From positions 68,957-132,956 of the forward strand of contig JBBRLQ010000021.1 of the NCBI GenBank assembly GCA_038231275.1: a stretch of DNA of 64,000 nt, in the 5' to 3' direction. Each line of letters opens with the position of its first letter. Position 1 is the stretch's first letter. The notes under the pieces are model-generated. The model saw only the letters and a list, made by a program, of their open reading frames with translations. It searched no databases and had not been told where the DNA came from. Position numbers and translations under genes: made by a program. Positions 11,624 through 21,851 of this stretch are shown here, one piece after another. Origin of the DNA: Polyangiales bacterium. GTDB lineage: Bacteria; Myxococcota_A; Polyangia; Polyangiales; Polyangiaceae.

Positions 11624-12949
11624 CTACTCACGGCGGTCATAAGGGTTGGAACGTGGTGAAGGAGGGGTCGGTCGCGTCGGTGTCGCCTTGCCGATGCCGA
11701 GCACGCGATTGGTCTTGGTGGGGGCCGGCGGCGGAGGCGGCGAATCGGTCAGTGACGCTCCCTCCGGCTTTGGAGCGGCGTCGATGGGGACGGTAGGCGG
11801 CGCGTTCGCCGGCGGTGCCGCGTTGACGGTTGGAGGGACGGGCACAGCAGCCGACGCCAACTCGGCGCGTCCAACGGCCTGCGCCGAGTCGGTGCGAACG
11901 GCGTCGACGAGGATGGCAAGGCCGACGACTGAACCGAGAGCGAGCACCACCGCGCCCGCCAGCACGATCGGCGAGGGGCCGGCGGTGTGGAGCGTGGGCA
12001 CCGTCGGCTTCGGTGGGAGGATGAGCGTCGCGGCGAGCCTGAGGTCCACCGAGTCGATCGCGGCGGTCGTACGCATCACCGATGCGGACGTTGCGGCGCT
12101 CGCACGGGCGCGGGCGAGCGCTTCCTGCATGGCTTTCGCACCGGGCCAGCGGTCGGTTTTCTCGAACGCGACCGCGCGGTCCACGAGGTCTACGACGTCT
12201 CCGGGAAGATCGGGGCGAGTGGCCGCGAGGCTCGGGAGCGGCTCGGTCATCGCTGCGCAGAGCTCCTCGTTGACGGTCTCGCCTCGTCGAGGAGGATTGC
12301 CCGTGAGCAGCGCAAAAAGGACCGCGCCACAGGAGTAGACGTCCGATCGGGGGTCCACTTCGCCGAAGCGCCCGCGTGCGAGCTCGGGCGACATGAACGC
12401 TGGCGTCCCGAACGACGAAGCCTTGGCCGGGGCGTCGTTGTCCATTTCGCGCTCGGCGACGAAGGCGCTTCCGAAATCGAACAGCTGGATCCGTCCGTCC
12501 CTGCGCAAGAAGACGTTCTTGGGTGCGACGTCGCGATGCTGGATGCCTTGCGCGTGCGCCGCACCAAGCACGTCGAGCACGCAGTCGGTGATTCGAAGCG
12601 CTTCGTCGACCGCAAACGGCGAAGCGGTCCGTTCGAGCTTCTCGTTGAGCGTCTCCCCATCGAGCCTCTCCATCACGAGGTAGACGGATCCGTCTTCGGC
12701 GACATCGTCGTCGAGCACGCGCACGACCCCGTCGTGCCTGACTCCGTTGACGGCGTAGCCTTCACGCAGAAACGCCGCGCGCACGGCCCGATCCGCGGCA
12801 AACACCGGGTGGAGCATCTTGAGAGCTCCCTTGCTCCGATTTCGGTGCGTCGCGGAGTAAACCGCGGCCGTCGCGCCCACGCCGAGCAACGCATCCAGCC
12901 GCCATTTCCCGCCGATGAGCGCGCCGACGCGTGAGCTTGCGGAGGTCAT
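11624..12949 (-). CDS. Ser/Thr protein kinase (Hanks type), membrane-spanning
   Basis: GVGATAAV, ALK, HRDVAPKN, DFG, GTPAFMSPE; TM segment and Pro-rich tail. Confidence 0.93.
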   Translation of the reverse strand: MTSASSRVGALIGGKWRLDALLGVGATAAVYSATHRNRSKGALKMLHPVFAADRAVRAAFLREGYAVNGVRHDGVVRVLDDDVAEDGSVYLVMERLDGETLNEKLERTASPFAVDEALRITDCVLDVLGAAHAQGIQHRDVAPKNVFLRRDGRIQLFDFGSAFVAEREMDNDAPAKASSFGTPAFMSPELARGRFGEVDPRSDVYSCGAVLFALLTGNPPRRGETVNEELCAAMTEPLPSLAATRPDLPGDVVDLVDRAVAFEKTDRWPGAKAMQEALARARASAATSASVMRTTAAIDSVDLRLAATLILPPKPTVPTLHTAGPSPIVLAGAVVLALGSVVGLAILVDAVRTDSAQAVGRAELASAAVPVPPTVNAAPPANAPPTVPIDAAPKPEGASLTDSPPPPPAPTKTNRVLGIGKATPTRPTPPSPRSNPYDRRE

Positions 12950-13025
12950 CGCCCGTTGACGAGCACGGAGCATGCCGAAGGTATGGCAGCGTGTTCTTTG
13001 TACCTACACTCGGCAACGGGCGGCG

Positions 13026-13122
13026 GCGCAACCCCTGAAGCGCAACCCGTTGCCCTCGAGGCGCACGCGCGGGGGCGGCGTTCGGCGCAAACGCGCGCAC
13101 CCCATCGTGGTCCAGCCCCTGC
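13026..13122 (+). promoter_or_regulatory. Sigma54-type promoter with upstream GCGCAAC repeats (copy 1)
   Basis: TGGTCCAGCCCCTGC at 13108-13122 has GG-N10-GC spacing; the whole block recurs at 14375-14472. Confidence 0.7.
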
Positions 13123-13136
13123 AACCGGTGGGGCAA

Positions 13137-14342
13137 ATGATGCTTCGCAAGCTCCTGGTCTGCGCGACGTTGGTGAGCGCGTACGCGGGGGCCACGGGGT
13201 GCTCCTCTCACGCCGACAGCAGCGGCGTTGCAAGTGGAGGCGAAGCAATCAACACGAGCGACCGGCCGCCGCCCGGCGGCAAACCCCGGCCGGCCCAGCT
13301 GAGAAACCCAGACTACGGGTTCTGGGACCCCGGTCTCGTCACGGCGACTGCCCGTACCGCGTACGACGCGCAGGACATGGGGACGCGCGCGAACCCGATC
13401 GTCCCCACCGCGTGCCTTTACCCCGACACCACCGATCCGATCCTCATCAACGGGGAGGCGTGTGGGAACGTCCACACGCTGCCGCCCTTCGCGAACGCGA
13501 ACGCGTGGACCAACGCGCCGTCGTGGCCGCTGAAAGACTTCTGGGTCGTGCAGATGAACGATGAGGGGGCCTTCGACGCCTGCAACAGCGGCCCTCCCGA
13601 CGCGTCCGTCCAGCGTTCGAGTCCGGGCAACGGGATGATGGGGCTCACACTCCTCGACACCGGCGAATCGCTCACGCGAAGTCACCTCGTCCTCAACTAC
13701 ACCTTCAACGGACCGTGCGAGCAGGCCGCGCCGTTCACGCGCATCCCGTTTCTGTCGTTTGGGGCGCACAAGAGCCGCGGCAACGGCAAGCCGATCGCCG
13801 CGATCCACCCGAGCCCCGGCGTTCCGAGCCACGTGAGCTTCACGCTCAAGCTCTGGGACATCAGCTCCAACGCCACCCCGATGGCGTCCGAGCTGTGGAC
13901 GGTCTCGTCGTGGGGCGGCATCACGCGGATGATCTTCATCGCCGTCGGTCGCTCGAATCTGTCCTTCGGGCACGTGCACCGGCATTGGAACTGGCCCATC
14001 GCCCAGAGCTTCCTCGCTCCGGGAGCCGACATCGCCTACTACGACAGCGAAGAGCTCGAGGCCCGATGCCCGGGCGCGATGACGGCGACGAGGGACGGCC
14101 GGGCGGTCTCGACGTCGCTCTTCTCCACCGACGATCACGCGACGAATCTGGGGAGAGACGTCAGCTACGATCTCGACCTCGAGGCGCTCTACGGGTGTGC
14201 GAGCGCCGATGGCTCCTTCGATGCGCCGGCCCCCTCGACCGCGGACATCCCGGTCGACGGCGTGTTCTGGTCCAACGAGATCGCGGGTAGAGGGAGCCCT
14301 TCGTGGCTTTGGACAAGCGTTCACGGAATGGACGTGCACTGA
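13137..14342 (+). CDS. Hypothetical lipoprotein
   Basis: Signal peptide ending ATGC; Trp/Asn-rich globular domain. Confidence 0.8.
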   Translation: MMLRKLLVCATLVSAYAGATGCSSHADSSGVASGGEAINTSDRPPPGGKPRPAQLRNPDYGFWDPGLVTATARTAYDAQDMGTRANPIVPTACLYPDTTDPILINGEACGNVHTLPPFANANAWTNAPSWPLKDFWVVQMNDEGAFDACNSGPPDASVQRSSPGNGMMGLTLLDTGESLTRSHLVLNYTFNGPCEQAAPFTRIPFLSFGAHKSRGNGKPIAAIHPSPGVPSHVSFTLKLWDISSNATPMASELWTVSSWGGITRMIFIAVGRSNLSFGHVHRHWNWPIAQSFLAPGADIAYYDSEELEARCPGAMTATRDGRAVSTSLFSTDDHATNLGRDVSYDLDLEALYGCASADGSFDAPAPSTADIPVDGVFWSNEIAGRGSPSWLWTSVHGMDVH

Positions 14343-14374
14343 AGTGGAGCGAAGCGCAGCGGAGCGAAACGCCC

Positions 14375-14472
14375 GCGCAACCCCCGAAGCGCAACCCCGT
14401 TGCGCTCGAGGCGCACGCGCGGAGGCGGCGCGGGTGTAGACGCCCGTACCCACATGGTGGTCCAGGCCCTGC
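14375..14472 (+). promoter_or_regulatory. Sigma54-type promoter with upstream GCGCAAC repeats (copy 2)
   Basis: TGGTCCAGGCCCTGC at 14458-14472; palindrome GCGCAAC-CCC-GTTGCGC at 14389-14405. Confidence 0.7.
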
Positions 14473-14484
14473 AACGCGCTAGGC

Positions 14485-15597
14485 ATGCGCAGGACCCCGA
14501 CCATCACCACGCCTTCACCGGCGTCCGGCTCTTCTTCTGTTTCTGTTTCGTCGGACACCGGACGGGCGCGCCGGGTGGTCGGGCTCCTCGCGTTCTTGGT
14601 CATGGCCGTCGCGCCGGCGGCGTGCGTCACCAACGGACCGGACGACACGCTCGCAGGCCTGCCGCCGGGCGACGCCCTCCCCGACACGGGGGTCCCGCCC
14701 GACGGCGCGGGCGCGGCGCGCCGTTGGGGTTGGGGGCAAGCGACTGGGAGCAGCGACGCGCACACCGACGGCGGCGACGGAGCCGCGCCGTCGGACGGCG
14801 GCGTCGCGTCGGCGTGCGGCGCCTGCGCCGCCGGCGAGGCCTGCTCGCCCGCCGGAAAATGCGCGCCATGCACCAAGGCATGCGGCGCGAACGGGGTCTG
14901 CGCGCTCTCCTGGGAGACCGGGCCGCACTGCCAGTGCGCGCCGGGCTACTACGAGACGCTCTCGGGGTGCGCGCCGGTCGCCGGCAGCCCTTGCGCCGGG
15001 ATCACCTGCGGCGGCCACGGGACTTGCTACGCGGCACCTCCCTTGTTCAGCCCCGAGTGCCACTGCGAGGGGGACACCGTCAGCTACGGCCTCACCTGCT
15101 CGCCGCGCAAAACGATCCGCTGCATCGACCGAGACGGCACGCTCAAGGACAAGGGCGCGGTCCGCTGCAGCGCCGACGACACGACGTTCGAGGTCTGCCG
15201 CGACGGCGACGGCGACGGCGCCGTGGAGTGGGTCGCGAGCGGCAAGCCGAGCTGCGCCGCGGGCCCCGCCTGTTCGCAGTGCCTAGAAACCAAGTGCGAC
15301 AACGGCGATGGTACCGGCGGCCAGGCGTGCCCCACCGGCACCGTCTGCATGGGGATGGTGCACGAGACCCCCGTCTACCGCTGTCAGCCGTCGTGCGACT
15401 GCACCAACTGCGGCACGTGCGATCCGGGGCAGTTCCACGGCTACCAGCGCGCGTGCGGATCGGACGCCGACACCTTCGAGAACCCCACCATCGTTTGCAA
15501 ATCCCCGTGCCCGCACGCCGGCGACGGGTGCTTGCCCTATGGCCAGTTCGCCTTCTGTTTCCCGAACGAGGGCTGCGCCAGCGCAGCCCCGCGCTGA
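14485..15597 (+). CDS. Cys-rich EGF-like repeat lipoprotein
   Basis: Hydrophobic segment ending PAAC; many Cys, including CQCAPGY and CHCEG EGF-like motifs. Confidence 0.8.
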   Translation: MRRTPTITTPSPASGSSSVSVSSDTGRARRVVGLLAFLVMAVAPAACVTNGPDDTLAGLPPGDALPDTGVPPDGAGAARRWGWGQATGSSDAHTDGGDGAAPSDGGVASACGACAAGEACSPAGKCAPCTKACGANGVCALSWETGPHCQCAPGYYETLSGCAPVAGSPCAGITCGGHGTCYAAPPLFSPECHCEGDTVSYGLTCSPRKTIRCIDRDGTLKDKGAVRCSADDTTFEVCRDGDGDGAVEWVASGKPSCAAGPACSQCLETKCDNGDGTGGQACPTGTVCMGMVHETPVYRCQPSCDCTNCGTCDPGQFHGYQRACGSDADTFENPTIVCKSPCPHAGDGCLPYGQFAFCFPNEGCASAAPR

Positions 15598-15651
15598 CGC
15601 GGATCCGCGGAATTATCGGCTGCGCCCCGCGCGCGGTAAGCTTGGACCGGG

Positions 15652-16437
15652 ATGCCGACGCGCCTACGTTTCACCTTCGCCGCGGCGGCTGCGCTGCTGG
15701 TCGCCGCCACGCCGTCGGCGGCGCGCGCGGACGAAACCGTTCGGCGGTGCATCGCGTCCTACGAGCGCGCGCAGGTCCTCTCGCACCAGGGGCAGCTCGG
15801 CGACGCGCGGCGCGCGCTCTCGCAGTGCCTCGACGAGCGCTGCCCCGCCACGCTCCGCAAAGACTGCGGCGCGTGGCTCGCCGACGTCGAGCAGCGCCAG
15901 CCGAGCATCGTGGTGCGCGTCGAGGCGGCCAAGCCTGCGGCGATTACGTCCGTGGAGCTCGACGCCAAACCGTGGGTGCTTCCGCCCGCAGGTCGGTCCG
16001 CGGAAGTCGACCCGGGGTCGCACGTCCTCACGTTGCGTACGGCCGAAGGGTCCGCGAGCGTGCGCTTCGTCGCGACCGAAGGACAGAAGCTGCAGTCGGT
16101 CTCGGCGCGCTTCGCGCCTCCGGCCGCGCCGACCGCGCCGCCGCTACGCGCCGAGGCGCGCCCGATCTGGCCGAGCCTCCTCCTCGCGGGGGTCGGCGTC
16201 GTGTCGGTCGGCTCGTTCGCGTTTTTTGGCCTCACGGGGCGCGCCGACCAGCGCGGGCTGGACGCGTGCGACCCGCACTGCACCCACGACGACGTGAGCA
16301 GGGTGCGGACCAAGTACATCGTCGCCGACGTCTCGCTCTTGGTCGCTGCAGTCTCGTTCGTCGCGTCGGCCGTGCTCCTCGCGACGGGCGGCGGCGACGC
16401 GCCTAGAGGAGCCGTCTCGTCCGGAGCCGCGCGGTGA
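15652..16437 (+). CDS. TPR/PEGA-like envelope protein
   Basis: Signal peptide; helical domain with Cys pairs; VDPGSH; C-terminal hydrophobic helices; coupled to the downstream kinase. Confidence 0.75.
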   Translation: MPTRLRFTFAAAAALLVAATPSAARADETVRRCIASYERAQVLSHQGQLGDARRALSQCLDERCPATLRKDCGAWLADVEQRQPSIVVRVEAAKPAAITSVELDAKPWVLPPAGRSAEVDPGSHVLTLRTAEGSASVRFVATEGQKLQSVSARFAPPAAPTAPPLRAEARPIWPSLLLAGVGVVSVGSFAFFGLTGRADQRGLDACDPHCTHDDVSRVRTKYIVADVSLLVAAVSFVASAVLLATGGGDAPRGAVSSGAAR

Positions 16438-18245
16438 CCGACGAGGTCCGGCAGCTCGGGCGCTACGCGATCCACGACTCGATTGCGTCCGGCGGGATGG
16501 CGCGCGTGCACCTCGCGCGGCAGCTCGGTTCCGCCGGCTTCGCGCGCCCCGTGGCGATGAAGATCCTGCACCCCAACCTCGCCTCGGATCCGCGCTTCGT
16601 CGCGATGCTCATCGACGAGGCGCACCTCGCGGCGCGCATCCGGCACCCGAACGTGGTCCCCATCCTCGACATCGTGACCGCCGATCGCGAGATCGCCCTC
16701 GTGATGGAGTTCGTGCACGGCGAGTCGCTGGACAAGCTCATCGCCGCCGCGCGCAAGGCCGGCGAGCCGATCGAGGCGGGCGTCATCTCGACGGTCATGG
16801 TCGGCGCGCTCGAAGGCCTGCACGCCGCGCACGAGGCCAAGGCGGAGAGCGGCGCGTCGCTCTCGATCATCCATCGCGACGTGTCGCCGCACAACGTGCT
16901 CGTCGGCGTGGACGGCGTCACGCGCGTCACCGATTTCGGCGTCGCCAAGGCCGCCTCGCGTCTCCAGAGCACCGAGACGGGGGAGCTCAAGGGGAAGTTC
17001 GCGTACATGGCCCCCGAGCAGCTCGAGGCGAAAGCGCTGACCAGGGCCGTCGACGTCTGGGCGGCGGGGCTGCTGCTCTGGGAGCTCGTGGCCCGGCACC
17101 GGCTCTTCGTCGAGGAGTCGGTCGATCTCATTCGCGCGATCCGGAGTAAATCGATCGTCGTGCCGTCGTCCTCGGGCGGGACGGACCTCTTCGACGCGAT
17201 CGCGATGCGCGCGCTTTCGCGGGACCCGCGCCAGCGCTTCGCGACGGCGCGCGAGATGGCCGAGGCGATCGACCGCCAGTGCCTCCCCGCGTCGGCGCGA
17301 GAGGTTGGCGCGTGGGTGGAGCGCCTCGCCGCCGGCGGGCTGGCCGCGCGCTCGCAAATCCTCGCGCGGATCGAGCGCGAGGCGAGCGCCCTCAAGGGGA
17401 CGGGCGGCGCGTACGCGTCGGAGCTCGCCGCGCTCGGCGTCGACGTTGCGCCCGGGCCGCCGCCGGAGCGGTCGCCGTCGCCGTCGACGCTCGATTTCCC
17501 TGCGGACGCCCCGTTGCCGACGCGGCCGGTGCTCGGGCGGCAGGCACCGCCCGCGGCCGTGACGCGTCGGTCCGGAGGTCGGCCGGCGCCCGACGACGCC
17601 CCTGGGGACGCCGGCTCGGCGACCGTCGCGGCGACGCCCAACGTCCTTGGGGCGAAGCGCGCGCCTCCGAGCGATGGAATGACGATGCTCTCCGCCGGGC
17701 ATGAGCCCACGTCGTCTCCGCCGTCCACGGCCGCGCCGGTCGCCGTTCGCATCGTCCCGCCGCCGACGGCGGCCGCGGTCCAGCCTACGCCCGCGGCGGT
17801 CGAGACCCCGACGGTCACGACGGTCGCGTCGACGCGGCGGCGCCGGAGGATCCTCGTCGCGATTGCGGCGATCGCCCTTTCGCTCGTCGTGCCGACGGCG
17901 TTCGTCCTCCGCGCGCGCAGGCTTGCCGACCTTCGCCGCGCCGCGCGTGAAGAGACGCCCACCCCGATCGCGTCCGTGGTCGCCGCCGCGTCATCCGCCG
18001 CCACGTCGTCCGCCGCTGTGGCGATCACGCCTGCTCCGGTCGCGTCGAGCGCGGCGGTGGCCAGCGCGGCGCTCGCGCCCCGCGCGGGCGGGGCGAAGGG
18101 GCCGCGCCCACGCGAGCGTCCGTCCGGCCCGCGCCCGGCACCGAGCGCGGCGGGCCCGCCGCCGGACCACTGCAACCCGCCCTACTCGGTCGGGCCGCCG
18201 CCCGACTTCATCCGGCACCCCAAGCCCGAGTGCTTCGAGCGCTGA
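16434..18245 (+). CDS. Ser/Thr protein kinase, membrane-spanning
   Basis: GGMARV, AMK, HRDVSPHN, DFG, GKFAYMAPE; TM segment; Cys-looped C-terminal tail. Confidence 0.95.
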   Translation: MTDEVRQLGRYAIHDSIASGGMARVHLARQLGSAGFARPVAMKILHPNLASDPRFVAMLIDEAHLAARIRHPNVVPILDIVTADREIALVMEFVHGESLDKLIAAARKAGEPIEAGVISTVMVGALEGLHAAHEAKAESGASLSIIHRDVSPHNVLVGVDGVTRVTDFGVAKAASRLQSTETGELKGKFAYMAPEQLEAKALTRAVDVWAAGLLLWELVARHRLFVEESVDLIRAIRSKSIVVPSSSGGTDLFDAIAMRALSRDPRQRFATAREMAEAIDRQCLPASAREVGAWVERLAAGGLAARSQILARIEREASALKGTGGAYASELAALGVDVAPGPPPERSPSPSTLDFPADAPLPTRPVLGRQAPPAAVTRRSGGRPAPDDAPGDAGSATVAATPNVLGAKRAPPSDGMTMLSAGHEPTSSPPSTAAPVAVRIVPPPTAAAVQPTPAAVETPTVTTVASTRRRRRILVAIAAIALSLVVPTAFVLRARRLADLRRAAREETPTPIASVVAAASSAATSSAAVAITPAPVASSAAVASAALAPRAGGAKGPRPRERPSGPRPAPSAAGPPPDHCNPPYSVGPPPDFIRHPKPECFER

Positions 18246-18278
18246 ACCGCGCACCCCCGGATCGGCTAGTATTCGAGG

Positions 18279-19178
18279 GTGAAGGTGACGGCACATCGGG
18301 CGCTCGGCCTGTCCGCGGTCATCGCGGCGTGTTCGCTCACGCCGCTCGATCACTACGACTCGCAGAACGGATCGAGCGACATCGACGCGGGCGATGCCAC
18401 GTCGGGCGAAGGGGCGGCGCCGGACGTCGCCCAGGACGCGCTTCCACTCGACGACGGCGGGGCGCCGGACGTCGACGCCGGCCCCGGCGCGCCGTGGACG
18501 CGCTACTCGCTCGACACGTCGAGCGCCGCCGGCGCGCCGTGGACGGTGACGCCTCTCGAGCAGCTCTGGACCGGCCCGAGCGCGCCCCCTCCGCGGGGCG
18601 TCGTCGCAGCGGTGCAGCTCGTCGACTTCTCGCGCCTCCTCGTCATCACGGGCGACGGGACGCTGTACGTTCAGCAGGACGGTGGCGTGTGGATGAGCCC
18701 GATGGCGATCACCGCCGCCTTCCCGCAGATCACCGGCCCGGTCGACGGCATCACGCACATCCCGTACGCATTCGCCGTCACGCTGCAGCCGGACGCAGCG
18801 CTCGTGGAGTCGCTGCTCCTCCAGAAGGTCCCGCAGTACTGGTACTACCAGTACCTGCCCAACGATCAGCGCGTCTTCGAGAGGACCGGCACGACGGTGG
18901 ACGTGCCGCCCCCCGGCGCGCCGGAGGGGACCGGCAAGCTCCTCGCGAACTTCGAGATCCTGGACCTCGGCAACGCGGACGCGGCCGTCCACTTCCGCCG
19001 CTTCGACGTCTACGGCGACGGCAACGTGTACTCCTTCGACGCCGCCGCGACGTGGACCAAGACCCCGCTCGGCGCGCACCCGTTCTGGAGCGGCCGCGCC
19101 GGCGCCCCCGCGCTCGGGAGCATCCGCGCCACGTACTACGACCAGGGGAGCACGACCTTGCACGTGATCGGTCCGTGA
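18279..19178 (+). CDS. Hypothetical lipoprotein
   Basis: Lipobox IAAC; acidic linker; beta-rich domain. Confidence 0.75.
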   Translation: MKVTAHRALGLSAVIAACSLTPLDHYDSQNGSSDIDAGDATSGEGAAPDVAQDALPLDDGGAPDVDAGPGAPWTRYSLDTSSAAGAPWTVTPLEQLWTGPSAPPPRGVVAAVQLVDFSRLLVITGDGTLYVQQDGGVWMSPMAITAAFPQITGPVDGITHIPYAFAVTLQPDAALVESLLLQKVPQYWYYQYLPNDQRVFERTGTTVDVPPPGAPEGTGKLLANFEILDLGNADAAVHFRRFDVYGDGNVYSFDAAATWTKTPLGAHPFWSGRAGAPALGSIRATYYDQGSTTLHVIGP

Positions 19179-19212
19179 GGATGTTAGCCTTCCGGTGGGA
19201 GGCGATCTCGAC

Positions 19213-20559
19213 GTGACCAAAGCACGCGCCGATGACGCCACGCGGACCGTGACCGCCGCCGCCCGCCCGCGCGACGAGCGCGCGGGGCCGCGCCTCGTCG
19301 CTGTGTGGACCGACGGCTCCCTCATCCTGCCGCTCACGCCGGGCGCCGCACTGACGGTCGGACGCGGCGACGACGCGGACGTGCACATCGCCCACCCCTC
19401 GATGTCGCGTCTCCACGCCCGCCTCGAGATGGGGCCGCCGGTGCGCTGGACCGATCTCGGGAGCTTCAACGGGACCTGGGTCGACGGGCGGCGCCTCGGC
19501 CAAGGGGAGCGCGCGGAGCTCCCGCACGGCGCGGTGGCGGAGCTCGGGAGCGTCCTCGTGATCGTCGAGCCGGGCGCCTCCTCACCGACGCCGCCGCGCG
19601 CGCCGCGGGGCCGCGACGTCGTCGTCGTCGATGCCGCGACGGTCGCCGTCTATCGCCAGATCGAGCTCGTCGCGCAGAGCCACTTGAACGTGCTGCTCCT
19701 CGGGGAGTCGGGTGTCGGCAAAGAGCTCCTCGCCGCGCACGTTCACGCAGCGTCGCGTCGCGCGGCGGGGCCGATGGTCAAGGTCAACTGCGCGGCGCTC
19801 GTCGACACGCTCCTCGAGGCCGAGCTGTTCGGGTACGAGAAGGGGGCCTTCACCGGCGCGACGCACGCGAAGATCGGGCTGCTCGAGTCGGCCAGCGGCG
19901 GCACCTTCTTCCTCGATGAGGTAGGAGATCTGCCGGCGGCGACGCAGACCAAGCTCCTGCGCGTCCTCGAGGCGAACGAGGTGCAGCCGGTGGGCGCGCT
20001 CAAGCCGAGGCCGCTCGACGTGCGCTACGTGTCGGCGACGAACCGTGACCTCCGCAAGCTCGTCGCCTCCGGCGCGTTCCGCGAAGATCTCTTCTTCCGG
20101 CTCGACGGCTTCTCGCTGCGCGTGCCCCCCCTCCGGGATCGCATCGGGGACGTCCCGCCGCTCGTGGAAGCGTTCGTCGCCGACACCTGCGCGCGCGCCG
20201 GACGCCCGCCGCCACGCATCGCCGAAGATGCGATGGCGCGCCTCCTGTCCTACCCGTGGCCTGGGAACGTTCGGGAGCTCCGCAACGTCGTCGCGCGGAG
20301 CGTCGTGATGTCCGCGGCCGACACGCTTCACGCCGCGGATCTACTCTTCGACGCCGAAGGGGGCTCGCCCGCCACCGCGCGCACGCTGAAGGAGGTCCCC
20401 GCCGCGGGAGGTGACGCCGCCGCGCGCGAGGCCATCCTGCGCGCGCTCGCCGAGAGCGCGGGCAACCAGAAGCGCGCCGCCGAGATCCTCGGCGTCTCCC
20501 GGAGGACGCTACAGTACCGGCTCGATGCGCTGAAGATCCCTCGCCCGCGCAAGGGCTAG
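19213..20559 (+). CDS. FHA-domain sigma54-dependent transcriptional activator (bEBP)
   Basis: FHA motifs GR...SRLH...[30 protein letters not shown]; Fis-type HTH. Confidence 0.95.
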   Translation: MTKARADDATRTVTAAARPRDERAGPRLVAVWTDGSLILPLTPGAALTVGRGDDADVHIAHPSMSRLHARLEMGPPVRWTDLGSFNGTWVDGRRLGQGERAELPHGAVAELGSVLVIVEPGASSPTPPRAPRGRDVVVVDAATVAVYRQIELVAQSHLNVLLLGESGVGKELLAAHVHAASRRAAGPMVKVNCAALVDTLLEAELFGYEKGAFTGATHAKIGLLESASGGTFFLDEVGDLPAATQTKLLRVLEANEVQPVGALKPRPLDVRYVSATNRDLRKLVASGAFREDLFFRLDGFSLRVPPLRDRIGDVPPLVEAFVADTCARAGRPPPRIAEDAMARLLSYPWPGNVRELRNVVARSVVMSAADTLHAADLLFDAEGGSPATARTLKEVPAAGGDAAAREAILRALAESAGNQKRAAEILGVSRRTLQYRLDALKIPRPRKG

Positions 20560-20627
20560 CAGCTCACGAGGGAACGATCGACATCGCGCGGCGGGCGCGC
20601 GGCGCTCCATGCCCCGAACCGGGTATC

Positions 20628-21575
20628 GTGATGGGAGTGCTAGGCGTGAGGTCGATCTTGCCGCCCGTGCTCGCGGTGCTCCTTCTGACCCTCGCCGCTG
20701 CGGTGGCAACGGGGCCGCGTTGGCAGCGGCGCGTCGCCGTCGTGATCGGCGGCGCGTCGATCTTCCTTCCTTGGCTCCTCCCGCCGGAGCCAGCTGTCGC
20801 TCGTGGCGTCCTCGCGCTCGTCACGAGCGTGTGGACGATGCGCGTCATCGATCTGCGCCGCGGGACTTGGTCATTGCCCGCGCGCGTCGTGCACACGTTC
20901 TCCGTCGTCGACACGCGCTTGCTCGTCCGCGGCCCCCGGCGGCTCGACGTCGCCGGCTTGTTCAATGCGCTGGGGTGGATCGCTGCGGCGGTCGCGGCGG
21001 CGTGGGGCCTCGGCGCGCTCCACGCCGCCGGCGGCGAGGCCTGGATCACGCGATGGGCGATCGGCGTCGTGCTCGTGTACGCCGCGATCTCCACGCTCTA
21101 TGGCATGATGGCAGTCGGGTATCGGGCGCTGGGCTTCCAGACGCCGCCGCTGCACGTCGCGCCGATCCTCGCGCGTTCGGTGCAGGAGCTCTGGGGCGAG
21201 CGATGGGCCAAGCCGATCAGTCGTTGGCTGGGCGAGACGTGCTTTCGTCCGTGGGCGCGCACGCGGCCGCTCGTCGGCGTGCTGGCCGCGTTCGCGGTGA
21301 GCGCGTTCTTTCACGCGTATGCGGTGTGGGTGGCGCTCGGCGTCTTCGATGGGCTCGCGCTGACGGCCGTGATGTTCGCGTACTTCGTTCTCCAAGGCGC
21401 GGTGATGAACGTCGAACGCGTGGCCGGCGTGCGGCGGTGGCCGGCATGGGCGGGGCACGCGTGGACCGTCGTCTGGATGCTCGCGTTCGCGCCCTTCTTC
21501 GTCGAGCCGGCGCTACGCGTGCTCGGGTACGCGGCGCCGGCGCGTGAGGGTGCGACGGTGTCGGCGCCGCGGTGA
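20628..21575 (+). CDS. MBOAT family membrane-bound O-acyltransferase (wax synthase-like)
   Basis: Multi-TM protein with PILARSVQELWGERW and AFAVSAFFH motifs. Confidence 0.85.
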   Translation: MMGVLGVRSILPPVLAVLLLTLAAAVATGPRWQRRVAVVIGGASIFLPWLLPPEPAVARGVLALVTSVWTMRVIDLRRGTWSLPARVVHTFSVVDTRLLVRGPRRLDVAGLFNALGWIAAAVAAAWGLGALHAAGGEAWITRWAIGVVLVYAAISTLYGMMAVGYRALGFQTPPLHVAPILARSVQELWGERWAKPISRWLGETCFRPWARTRPLVGVLAAFAVSAFFHAYAVWVALGVFDGLALTAVMFAYFVLQGAVMNVERVAGVRRWPAWAGHAWTVVWMLAFAPFFVEPALRVLGYAAPAREGATVSAPR

Positions 21576-21823
21576 TCGCCGGGCTCGTCGCGGACCTGGA
21601 TCACGCGGCTGGCGCGCAAGGCCAATGGATCGCCGGGCCCGAGGGGGCAGTTCGGCCCATGTCCGACGGCCACGACACTGGTGTCCGGCGGTCGGGACAG
21701 CGCACGCGGTCCTTCGCGACGACGCGCGGAGACGGAGCCTCCGAGCGCATCTCCCTCGCGACGACGCGCGCTAACGTCGCGAGTCGTCGCGAAGCGCCGA
21801 CGATCCAGGCGCATCGTCGTTCG

Positions 21824-21838
21824 TGGCACGCGGAGTGC
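21824..21838 (+). promoter_or_regulatory. Sigma54-type -24/-12 promoter
   Basis: TGGCACG-CGGA-GTGC, close to consensus, 14 nt before the ATG; a TCGCGACGACGCGCG direct repeat lies upstream. Confidence 0.75.
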
Positions 21839-21851
21839 GATGCACCCGGCC

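Noticed and set aside
9744..14400. Genomic island integrated at tRNA-Lys
   Set aside because: The region looks slightly less GC-rich by eye, but I found no integrase and no repeat of the tRNA 3' end, and the genes are typical of the host lineage.
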